Below are positions 1-7,608 of a DNA stretch of 56,875 nt, one piece after another. How positions within the stretch are numbered: the stretch's first letter is position 1; each line of letters starts with the position of its first letter. The stretch spans positions 26,941-83,815 of the forward strand of contig CAZDTE010000001.1 of NCBI GenBank assembly GCA_964508275.1. Reading direction: 5' to 3'. This DNA comes from an uncultured Ardenticatenales bacterium. GTDB taxonomy: Bacteria; Chloroflexota; Anaerolineae; Ardenticatenales; JAADHH01. The translations under genes and the position numbers were made by a program. Below the pieces are notes generated by a model that saw only the letters and a list, made by a program, of their open reading frames with translations, searched no databases and had not been told where the DNA came from.

Positions 1-118
1 GGGGGCGTGGTCGTTGCTTCCCCCCTCGCGGGGGGCGTGGTCGTTGCTTCCCCCCTCGCGGGGGGCGTGGTCGTTGCTTCCCCCCCAGCGGGGGGGACCG
101 AGGGGGGGAGATCTGCAT
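1..118. repeat. Tandem 30-bp repeat (GGGGGCGTGGTCGTTGCTTCCCCCCTCGCG, 3 copies) ending in the terminal motif GAGGGGGGGAGATCTGC. Each unit junction forms a C6/G6 hairpin.
   Basis: Direct reading: units at 1-30, 31-60 and 61-90 are identical except for the tail of the third. The core GCTTCCCCCC-N4-GGGGG and the terminal GAGGGGGGGAGnTCTGC recur in the element at 6726-6830. Confidence 0.85.
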
Positions 119-998
119 GCCCATCGTCATCCCACCTGCCCCGGGATCGCTCATGGGCGCTATTGTGCCCCTCCACCTCCCGACGATAGCTAATCCAGCC
201 GTTGATTCCGGCAGCGAGCAGCACAAGGGCGGCTAATCCCAGCGCCCAGACGTGAAACGGTTTGCCGACGAAAAACCGCCCGACCGTCAGGACAGGAAGG
301 GCCAGGCCATAGGCGTGACTGTAGGGCAACGGGCTCGTCGCCTGAGGTTGGCGCAGCATCGTGGGCACCCACGGCAAGAACGAGATGGCCACCAACCCAC
401 CAGAGGCTACCCACGGTTTCCACAGCGACCGCAGTCGCCGGTCGCGGGCCATCCACCAAACTACCACCAGACCCTCTGCTGCCAGAATGAACGCGCCGTA
501 GTAGTGGGTGTAGAGCAACAGCACGTTCACCACCACCCAGCCGGCCCACAATCGCCAGGGAGAGGCCGTATGTCGCCGGCGGGTCACGGCGAGCAGCAAA
601 CACATCGCCGCGGCGGCAAGGAAGCAGAGAGCCATGTACATGCGCGCCTCCTGCGAGTACTTCACGTGGTAGGGCAGCGTGGCCAGGATGGCAGCGGCAA
701 GGAGTCCGGTCTGCCGACCGGCCACTTCTCGTCCCAACACATACGTCACCGCGACTGTCGCGATCCCGAAGAAGGCAGGGAGCAAGCGTACGGCAAAATC
801 GCTCATGCCTATGGGACGGTTGAAAAGGTTCAGCAGCAGATGGAACGCCGGCGGATGTTGAACTTTCTGGCCGATCAATTGGAGTGTGTTCTGCAGGCTG
901 CCGCTTCCCTGGAACACCATTTTGATCTCGTCGTACCAGAGGCCCTCGTACCCCAGGTGATAGAAGCGCAATGCTGTGGCCCAAAGCAGCACGGCCAT
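1..998 (-). CDS. GT39 / ArnT-PMT-like membrane glycosyltransferase, partial. The frame stays open to the window edge.
   Basis: Absent from the ORF track because there is no stop in the window. My translation from ATG 998 (minus) is MAVLLWATALRFYHLGYEGLWYDEIKMVFQGSGSLQNTLQLIGQKVQHPPAFHLLLNLFNRPIGMSDFAVRLLPAFFGIATVAVTYVLGREVAGRQTGLLAAAILATLPYHVKYSQEARMYMAL... This has the LRxYxLGxxxLWxDE N-terminus and multi-TM pattern of GT39/GT83 enzymes. Hydrophobic character ends near nt 190, and the frame then reads through the G/C-tract repeat. The start could instead be GTG 1016. Confidence 0.6.
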   Translation of the reverse strand, partial: MAVLLWATALRFYHLGYEGLWYDEIKMVFQGSGSLQNTLQLIGQKVQHPPAFHLLLNLFNRPIGMSDFAVRLLPAFFGIATVAVTYVLGREVAGRQTGLLAAAILATLPYHVKYSQEARMYMALCFLAAAAMCLLLAVTRRRHTASPWRLWAGWVVVNVLLLYTHYYGAFILAAEGLVVVWWMARDRRLRSLWKPWVASGGLVAISFLPWVPTMLRQPQATSPLPYSHAYGLALPVLTVGRFFVGKPFHVWALGLAALVLLAAGINGWISYRREVEGHNSAHERSRGRWDDDGHADLPPSVPPAGGEATTTPPARGEATTTPPARGEATTTP

Positions 999-1106
999 GG
1001 TGGCCCGGCTATTCACTGTGATCGAGAGAGAACGAGTTTCGCGGCTCGTGTGAAGGACGGCTTCGGATGCTGTTGCGCAGGCCCCGATTTGAACTGCCAA
1101 AACGTG

Positions 1107-1664
1107 CTAGACCAGTTCCGGGATAATCCAGCCATAGTTGCCATCTCGACGCCTATAGACAACCTGCACCCCGCCCTGGTCGGGGTTGTAGAAGACAAAG
1201 AACGTGTGACCCAGCAACTCCATCTGCTCGATCGCCTCCCCCTCTGTCATGGGGGCCATAGGGAAATGCTTGACGCGTACGATGGAGCCGGTCTCTTCCT
1301 CCTCCAGATCTTCGAGAGGCAGCAGAAGTTCTTCCTCGGCAGAGGCCGTGCCCCTTCGCCAACGTGCCAACCGTTTCCCTTTGTACCGCGCGATCTGCTG
1401 GTACATCTTGTCCAACACGATGTCTATGGCGGAGAAGACATCGGCGGATCGCTCCTCGCCCCGCAATATCCGGCCCTTTCCTACGTTCACGGTAACCTGA
1501 ACAACTTGCCGCTCGCCGGCGTCGCGTGTGTTCTCCTCAGCAAGTTCGACCCGCACACCAGCGATGTCCGGAAGGTAACGCTCCAGTTTGCGGAACTTCT
1601 TTTCGACGTAGTCCTCCAATGCTTCGGTGACTTCCAGGTTTCTGCTGTTGATCGTGAGATTCAT
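1107..1664 (-). CDS. hpf: Ribosome hibernation promoting factor, long form
   Basis: ORF track 1107..2003; the homologous part starts at the internal ATG 1664. Sequence MNLTINSRNLEVTEALEDYVEKKFRKLERYLPD...VVRVKHFPMAPMTEGEAIEQMELLGHTFFVFYN shows a sigma-54-modulation/S30AE N-domain plus the long-HPF C-domain. Confidence 0.9.
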   Translation of the reverse strand: MNLTINSRNLEVTEALEDYVEKKFRKLERYLPDIAGVRVELAEENTRDAGERQVVQVTVNVGKGRILRGEERSADVFSAIDIVLDKMYQQIARYKGKRLARWRRGTASAEEELLLPLEDLEEEETGSIVRVKHFPMAPMTEGEAIEQMELLGHTFFVFYNPDQGGVQVVYRRRDGNYGWIIPELV

Positions 1665-1725
1665 GGTCTCGTCCCTTCTAGCAAAGTTCATGTTGCAGAG
1701 CCATCTATGCCAAGTGTGCCGCCCC

Positions 1726-1754
1726 ATTGTAGTACGATTCGTGAAAAACGTCAA
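1726..1754 (-). promoter_or_regulatory. Sigma-70-type promoter TTGACG-N17-TACAAT for hpf
   Basis: Minus strand: -35 at 1754..1749, a 17-nt spacer, -10 at 1731..1726. It lies about 60 nt upstream of the hpf ATG. Confidence 0.5.
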
Positions 1755-1821
1755 CTGGTCGCTGTGCCGGAATCGGGAATCCGGGGCCACAACGCAGGGA
1801 GTCGCGGCGGGACGCGGTCGC

Positions 1822-1850
1822 TTGACGATTCCACGGGGTTGGACTATCAT
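1822..1850 (+). promoter_or_regulatory. Sigma-70-type promoter TTGACG-N17-TATCAT; the following ATG is only 10 nt after the -10 box
   Basis: -35 at 1822-1827, 17-nt spacer, -10 at 1845-1850, ATG at 1861. This implies a leaderless or very short-leader mRNA. Confidence 0.5.
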
Positions 1851-1860
1851 AGGGCCGGAC

Positions 1861-4149
1861 ATGGTGATTCGATACTGGAGTAACACTCGTAGCCACACCT
1901 TCGAGCTGCTCGCGCGCGGCGGGATCGTTGCCCTGGCCGGGACGGCGGCGGCCCTGTTCGTTTGGCGGATGCACAGCGCCCTGGGTGTGACTCTGCCCGC
2001 CAACCTGGTGGCCTGGCGAACAGGCGTGCTGGCCTTGCTGGTTTCCGGCTGCCTGCTGGATTGGCTGCTCTGCCTGGGTGTGCTTCACGCCCGCGCCACC
2101 CACCGCCCGTTGCCCGAAAGCCTGGGCACCGGCGCGATGGCGCTCTACCCGCTTCTGATTCTGGCCCTGGCCTACGTTCCGGGTGTTCGTGGCCACCAAA
2201 CGTTGCTGGAAATGGTGTCCGTGCTCACAGTCGGAACCGTGGGCGGCCTGCACCTGAAGCACTGGGCCAAGCCGCTCGCCCGCTCTCGATCTCTGCGCCG
2301 CGCGCTGCCGGCCATCGCAGTTGGCAGCATGACCGGCTATGCCTTGACCCTTGCGGTCGCCTCCTGGCTGCGGCACATGGCCCTGCAATCCAACGCCCTG
2401 GACATGGGCATGATGGACCAGGTGCTGTGGAACCTCGCTCACGGCAATGGGTTCTACACCTCGTACAAGGGGTTCTCCTTCCTGGGCGAACACTTCTCCC
2501 CCCTGCTTGCTCTCCTTGTGCCGGCCTACTGGCTTGCCGGCGGGAACGCCGTAGCCGCCCTGGTGGTGGCCCAAAGCGCACTGGTTGCCCTGACCGCCGG
2601 GGCGCTCTATCTCGTGGCCCGGCACGAATTGCGCAGCACCGCACTCGCCACGGCCCTGGCGATCTCCTTTCTGCTCGCGCCGCTGCTCCACGACGCCAAC
2701 CTGTTCGACGTACACCCCGACGCCCTGGCTCCACCGTTCATGATTCTCGCGTTCTACTTCCTGCGCCGGGGCCACGACCGGTCGTTCGCTCTGACGCTGA
2801 GCCTGGCCTTGCTGGCGAAAGAGGATGTAACCCTGTTTGCCATCGCCCTGGGCGTCTATGCGTTCGTCGGGCTGGGACGCCGGCGATTGGGGACCGTGGT
2901 CACACTGACCAGCCTGCTGTGGCTGGCGCTCGTTGTGCTGCTGATCATCCCCCACTTTCGCGGGCCGGGCACAAGCTATGGGCTCTGGTGGCGCTACGAT
3001 TACCTCGGCCAGACCCCCTGGCAGATCGCGACGACGGCGATCACACAACCCGCGCTGGTGGCCAGTCGCGTCCTATCCCTTTCGCGTGCCACGGCACTCG
3101 CCACGCTGCTGGTCCCGCTGGCGGGGCTTCCGCTGCTGGGAGGGAGCGCTTTGCTGCTGGCCCTGCCGTCGCTCGCCGTCAACACGCTCAGCCAGTACGA
3201 GCCCCAGGCAGCCCTGCACATGCACTACGCGTTACTGGTCTATCCGCCCCTCTACCTGGCCGCCATCGTTGGCCTGCGTCGCTGGCTGGCCGGCAGGCCG
3301 GGTGAGGCCCGCCAGCGCCAGCAACTCTTCTGGGCCGGCTTCCTCGTCATCGCTGCTCTCCTCTCGAGCTACTACCTCAGCCCGCTGGGTCGCTGGCGAA
3401 AGAGCGAACTGCTCACGGTCGACAGCCGCACGCGGGGCGCGCAATCGTTCATGCGCCGGATTCCGGCGGGCGTTCCCTTGAGTGCCCAGTCTAACCTGGC
3501 CGCGCACCTTTCTGAGCGGAAACAGGTCCGCTTGTTCCCGGACATCGAGGACACAGAGTTCATCGCCCTGGACACCGCCACGTACAACCGCTATCCGGCA
3601 AACGACAAGTACTTGCAGATTGTGGAAGCGCTGCTGCAAGCCGGGAATTTCGGCGTGATCTGGCGGGAGGAAGGATTTCTGCTGCTCCAGCGGAACGCCC
3701 CGACCGATTACAACGAGACGGTACGGCATAAACTTTACGACTTTCAGGACCTGTTCCTGTACCGCCGGGCTGCGTGGGGCGGCAAGATTGTCGTCGACCC
3801 CGATGCTTCCGATGGCCGGGCGCTGCTGGCCGTGCCGGGGGAGCACGTGGAAGGTGTGATGAGCCAGGGGCCATACTTGCGCTTTCCGTCGCCCGGCCCG
3901 CATCGGGTGGATTTCGTGCTCAAGGCGGAAGCAGCAGATTCAGAAACGACCGTCGCGGCGCTGGACGTGGTGAGCCCCCGCACCGGCCAGGTGCTCGCCT
4001 CACAAGAACTGCGTGGGGCCGATTTCCCTGACGGCCGGTACGAGACCTTCCGCCTGGCGTTCCAAAACGATCCCCGTCAGCCGCTCGAGTTTCGCGTGTT
4101 TTTCCGCGGACAGACGGCGCTGTGGCTCGATCGCATAACCTTCGAGTAG
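1861..4149 (+). CDS. DUF2079-family integral membrane protein with an extra N-terminal TM region and a C-terminal soluble domain
   Basis: ORF track 1627..4149. The upstream part overlaps the hpf start, so I take ATG 1861. Motifs LDMGMMDQVLWNLAHGNGF and FLGEHFSPLLALLVP match what I recall of DUF2079. Many TM segments are followed by a roughly 250-aa hydrophilic tail. Confidence 0.75.
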   Translation: MVIRYWSNTRSHTFELLARGGIVALAGTAAALFVWRMHSALGVTLPANLVAWRTGVLALLVSGCLLDWLLCLGVLHARATHRPLPESLGTGAMALYPLLILALAYVPGVRGHQTLLEMVSVLTVGTVGGLHLKHWAKPLARSRSLRRALPAIAVGSMTGYALTLAVASWLRHMALQSNALDMGMMDQVLWNLAHGNGFYTSYKGFSFLGEHFSPLLALLVPAYWLAGGNAVAALVVAQSALVALTAGALYLVARHELRSTALATALAISFLLAPLLHDANLFDVHPDALAPPFMILAFYFLRRGHDRSFALTLSLALLAKEDVTLFAIALGVYAFVGLGRRRLGTVVTLTSLLWLALVVLLIIPHFRGPGTSYGLWWRYDYLGQTPWQIATTAITQPALVASRVLSLSRATALATLLVPLAGLPLLGGSALLLALPSLAVNTLSQYEPQAALHMHYALLVYPPLYLAAIVGLRRWLAGRPGEARQRQQLFWAGFLVIAALLSSYYLSPLGRWRKSELLTVDSRTRGAQSFMRRIPAGVPLSAQSNLAAHLSERKQVRLFPDIEDTEFIALDTATYNRYPANDKYLQIVEALLQAGNFGVIWREEGFLLLQRNAPTDYNETVRHKLYDFQDLFLYRRAAWGGKIVVDPDASDGRALLAVPGEHVEGVMSQGPYLRFPSPGPHRVDFVLKAEAADSETTVAALDVVSPRTGQVLASQELRGADFPDGRYETFRLAFQNDPRQPLEFRVFFRGQTALWLDRITFE

Positions 4150-4159
4150 GTGTTGAGCA

Positions 4160-5653
4160 ATGACCGTAAGAAGCAAAGCAAAACGGGGCATGTTCTGGGT
4201 CGGCGGTGCCCGAATAGCCGTCAAGGCCATGTCCTTCGTCGAATTCCTGATCCTGGCCAAGCTGCTGATCCCGGAACATTTCGGCTTGGTGGCCACAGCC
4301 GACCTGGCCATCAACGCCCTGCTGCTGTTCCAGGAACTGGGCTTCGGCGCAGCCCTGATCTACCGGCAGGACGACATCGAGGATGCGGCAGACACGGCGT
4401 TCTGGACCGTGTTGGGGACCAGCGCCGCTCTGTACGTTGTGGCCTTTCTGGCCGCGCCCTTCGTGGCCTCCATCTTCAGCAAGACACCGGCCAGCGCCGC
4501 CGAGGTGACGTCAATCTTGCGCGTTCTGGCGGTCACGCTCGTGATCTCAGCGCTCGGAAAGGTCCACTACACCCTGCTCGCCAAAGAGCTCGACTTCCGG
4601 CGCAAAGTAATCCCCGAGTTCCTGGGGCAACTGGGTGGCGCCATCACGTCACTAACGCTGGCCTTCCTCGGCTTTGGGGCCTGGAGCATCGTCTACGGGC
4701 GTGTCCTGGAATCCAGCGCCATGACGATCCTGGTGTGGGCGTTCTTCCGCTGGCGACCGCGCCTCCGCTTCCACCGAAACCTGGCCGGCGAGATGTTCAC
4801 CTACGCCAAACACATCCTGGGCAGCCAGGTGATGGTCTTCTTCATCACCAACATTGACGATGCCTTCGTCGCCCGCCTGGCCGGACCGGCCGCTCTCGGC
4901 CTATACGGTCTGGCCTACAAGCTATCGAACATGCCGGCGACCGAGGTCAGCCGAGTCGTTGCCCAGGTGATGTTCCCCACCTTCTCCACGATCCGTGAGG
5001 ACATGGCAGCCTTCAAACGTGCTTTCCTCACCTCCACCCGCTACGTCTCGTTGGTGGCGATTCCGATCTCGCTGTGCATCGTCTTCTTCGCTTCCGACTT
5101 CGTTCTGGGTATCTACGGGCAAAAGTGGGCCGGGGCCGTTCTGCCTCTACAATTGCTCGTCGTCTACGGCCTGGCCCGCTCTATTGCCGTGAACATGGGC
5201 AACGCGATCAAGGCCGGCGGGAAACCACAGTGGATCACGGCAATCGCCACCTGGCGGTTGACGACCATGGCCGTGTTCCTATACCCGGCCACGTCCCGGT
5301 ACGGCATCGTTGGCGTCGGCGGATTGTCGGCCATCGTGGCCATCGTAGACTTCGGTATTTCCGTCTGGATGGTCGGCCATATCGTTCACACAACCTGGGG
5401 CGACTGGGTCCGCCTGCTCACCGCTCCATTCCTGGCCGCACTGACCGCCGCCGCGTTGGCCAAGTTTGCCTTCCTGCATGACATCAACGCCCTGCGCGTG
5501 ACCATTGCCTTGCCGGTTGCCGGCGCCTTGATGGTGGCCCTCTATGTCGCCATCCTCTGGCTGATCGACCGCCGCTTTCGCCAGCTAGTCTCCGAAATGA
5601 CCCGTTACGGTCTGGGCCTCTTGGGCCGTGCGCGACCGGCGACCGGATCGTAG
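4160..5653 (+). CDS. MOP-superfamily polysaccharide flippase (Wzx-like)
   Basis: 497-aa polytopic protein. N-terminus KRGMFWVGGARIAVKAMSFVEFLILAKLLIPEHFGLVA... is typical of polysaccharide biosynthesis (PST) transporters. It starts 10 nt after the stop of the upstream gene. Confidence 0.8.
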   Translation: MTVRSKAKRGMFWVGGARIAVKAMSFVEFLILAKLLIPEHFGLVATADLAINALLLFQELGFGAALIYRQDDIEDAADTAFWTVLGTSAALYVVAFLAAPFVASIFSKTPASAAEVTSILRVLAVTLVISALGKVHYTLLAKELDFRRKVIPEFLGQLGGAITSLTLAFLGFGAWSIVYGRVLESSAMTILVWAFFRWRPRLRFHRNLAGEMFTYAKHILGSQVMVFFITNIDDAFVARLAGPAALGLYGLAYKLSNMPATEVSRVVAQVMFPTFSTIREDMAAFKRAFLTSTRYVSLVAIPISLCIVFFASDFVLGIYGQKWAGAVLPLQLLVVYGLARSIAVNMGNAIKAGGKPQWITAIATWRLTTMAVFLYPATSRYGIVGVGGLSAIVAIVDFGISVWMVGHIVHTTWGDWVRLLTAPFLAALTAAALAKFAFLHDINALRVTIALPVAGALMVALYVAILWLIDRRFRQLVSEMTRYGLGLLGRARPATGS

Positions 5654-5662
5654 GTGCTGCCC

Positions 5663-6718
5663 ATGTCCCAGCCCGTGCGCGTCGTCCTGCTATCCAAAGT
5701 GCGTATGAACCCCTACGTGCAATTGCTGCGCCAGGGGCTGACGCAGGCCGATCCACACCTTACGGTTTCCATCGAGCCATACTTCTCCCTGCCCTGGTTC
5801 CTCCGGAAGCGGGGCCAGGTGGACCTGCTGCACCTGCACTGGCTGGAGTTGCTGTACGACTACGCCGATCTAGGCTTGCGTCTAAAGCGGGCCTTCTCCG
5901 TACTGGCCGGACTGCTGGTGGCTCGCCTTAGCGGCGTGCGGCTGGTCTACACGGTACACAACCTGGGACAGCATGAAGATCGCCATGCCCGACTGAACGC
6001 CCTGGCCAACCGGCTCGTTTTCCGGCTGGCCGATGCCGTTCATGTACACGACCAGATGGCAGCTTGGGAGGTGGCACGCTTGTACGGCCGGCGACAGGGC
6101 GTCTACATCGCGCCACACGGACACTACGCGACCTGGTACCCGAACGTGGTGAGCCGTGCGGAAGCCCGTCGCCGGCTGGACATCCCGGAAAACGCATTCG
6201 TCTATCTTTCCCTCGGCCTGATCCGCCCGTACAAGGGTCTGGAGACGCTGTTGGATTCGTTTGCTGCTGTGCCGGACACGAGCGCTCGCCTGATCGTCAC
6301 CGGCCACGGAGCCGAGCCGGACTACCTGGACCAACTGAAGCGGCAGGCACAGCGAGACGACCGGGTGTTGCTGCGTCCCGGATACGTGCCGGACGATGAT
6401 GTGCAAGTGAACTGCAACGCCGCCGACACCTTCGTGCTGCCGTATCATCGGGCCACGACCTCCGGGGCGGCCTTGCTGGCCTTCTCCTTCGGGATCCCGA
6501 TTGTGGCTCCGGATCGGCCCCCGTTTCGCGCGTTGCTGGCTCACGGTCGAGGCGTGGCCTACAACCCGGAGCTGTCCGAATCCCTGGGCCAGGCCCTGCT
6601 TCGAGCGCGAGACATAGACATGGAGAGCGCGCGCCGCGCCGTGCGCGCCTACACCCAAGAACTAGATTGGCCATCCGTTGCCGCCATCCACGCCGGCACC
6701 TACAGGCGACTGCTCTGA
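5663..6718 (+). CDS. GT-B fold glycosyltransferase (GT4-like)
   Basis: The ORF track starts at GTG 5654; ATG 5663 gives MSQPVRVVLLS... Size and C-terminal region (FVLPYHRATTSGAALLAFSFGIPIVAP) fit family 4/1 glycosyltransferases. Confidence 0.75.
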   Translation: MSQPVRVVLLSKVRMNPYVQLLRQGLTQADPHLTVSIEPYFSLPWFLRKRGQVDLLHLHWLELLYDYADLGLRLKRAFSVLAGLLVARLSGVRLVYTVHNLGQHEDRHARLNALANRLVFRLADAVHVHDQMAAWEVARLYGRRQGVYIAPHGHYATWYPNVVSRAEARRRLDIPENAFVYLSLGLIRPYKGLETLLDSFAAVPDTSARLIVTGHGAEPDYLDQLKRQAQRDDRVLLRPGYVPDDDVQVNCNAADTFVLPYHRATTSGAALLAFSFGIPIVAPDRPPFRALLAHGRGVAYNPELSESLGQALLRARDIDMESARRAVRAYTQELDWPSVAAIHAGTYRRLL

Positions 6719-6889
6719 AAATAGCAGATCTCTCCCCCCTCCGGCTCCCCCCACTGGGGGGAGTGAACACCGGCCGCTTCCCCCCATGCGGGGGCCCCCT
6801 TCGGGGGGGGATTGAGGGGGGGAGCTCTGCGACCCTTTTTTCGTCCTTGGTGGCGCGCAAGCACTCGTGGCGACTGCTCTGAAAATAGC
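6705..6889. mobile_element. MITE-like G/C-tract hairpin element (143 bp, 6726-6868) flanked by a perfect 21-bp direct repeat
   Basis: GGCGACTGCTCTGAAAATAGC occurs at 6705-6725 and again at 6869-6889. The insert starts GCAGATCTCTCCCCCCTC, and its hairpin core ends in GAGGGGGGGAGCTCTGC (about 40 nt before the second repeat); these are imperfect terminal inverted repeats. It contains three Cn-N4-Gn hairpins. Confidence 0.55.
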
Positions 6890-7267
6890 GTGTCCACTGC
6901 AGGGCGACCTGCCCGAACGGGCAGGCGGACTGCCGACCGAGCTCCGTCCTATTCGCCTCGGTGTAGGGGCAGTCCTCGCGGCTGCCAGCTCGGCGAGCGA
7001 GCGAACGATTGTCCGCGCAAAACTTTGACGCACACCCCCAGTTCCAGGGTATACCCGACGGTCGGACGCGCCGGAAGAAGTGTTGGGTCCCCGAGGATCG
7101 CTGCTGTCTCCACCAGCGAATTCGTGGCGAATCGGCAAATCGCCGCTCTTCCTGCATTGTTCCGCGCATTTCTGGCTGGGGTGAGCACAGAAAAGCCGGC
7201 CGGCATCGTGCTTTCGACGCTTGCCGGACCATTTGTCTTGTGGTGAGTATACTTGCGGATCAGAGAT

Positions 7268-7296
7268 TTGACGAACGCGCATAGGCGTGGTATAGT
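7268..7296 (+). promoter_or_regulatory. Sigma-70-type promoter TTGACG-N17-TATAGT
   Basis: -35 at 7268-7273, 17-nt spacer, -10 at 7291-7296. The next gene starts at 7609, which implies a leader of about 300 nt. Confidence 0.5.
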
Positions 7297-7608
7297 ACAC
7301 ACGTACTCGGAGGGTTGGGGCGCGGCGAACAACCGGCCATTCAGGCCGTAGATCGCGCGTGCAGACGCGGGGGGATGGTGGCAGGGAGCGACTCCCCGGG
7401 GCAGGGGGCCTGAGGCTGTGACCGCGCGTGTGGGGCAAATGTGCTTTCGGTCATTGTCCATTGGGGATGAGGCGGGTTCGTTGGGGGGTGGCTTCGCGCA
7501 GGCCCCGGCCGTCACACGAACAAGTCAATAGAGCCAACCCAAAGAGCGGCGCAGCAGAGGCCTCCGCAGTGCCGCTGGGCAGCAACACCAAAGCCAAGGA
7601 GGCAGGTG

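Noticed and set aside
1-90. Tandem 30-bp repeats as a possible CRISPR array
   Set aside because: The units are directly abutting with no spacers, the period is 30 bp, no cas genes are nearby, and the same motif occurs as single hairpins in other intergenic regions.
190-1883. ORF-track entries 190..984 (-) and 252..1883 (+), covering the GT39-like and hpf region
   Set aside because: Both translate to Arg/Pro/Gly-rich sequence. The third minus frame gives a textbook GT39 membrane protein, and 1107-1664 (-) gives HPF, so these are shadow ORFs.
6949-7515. 188-aa minus-strand ORF (and the overlapping 6662..7438 and 6812..7246 ORFs) in the long gap after the GT4 gene
   Set aside because: I recognise no family. 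Third-position GC is mixed compared with neighbouring genes. The ORFs span a MITE-like element and a plus-strand promoter. A degraded gene cannot be excluded.
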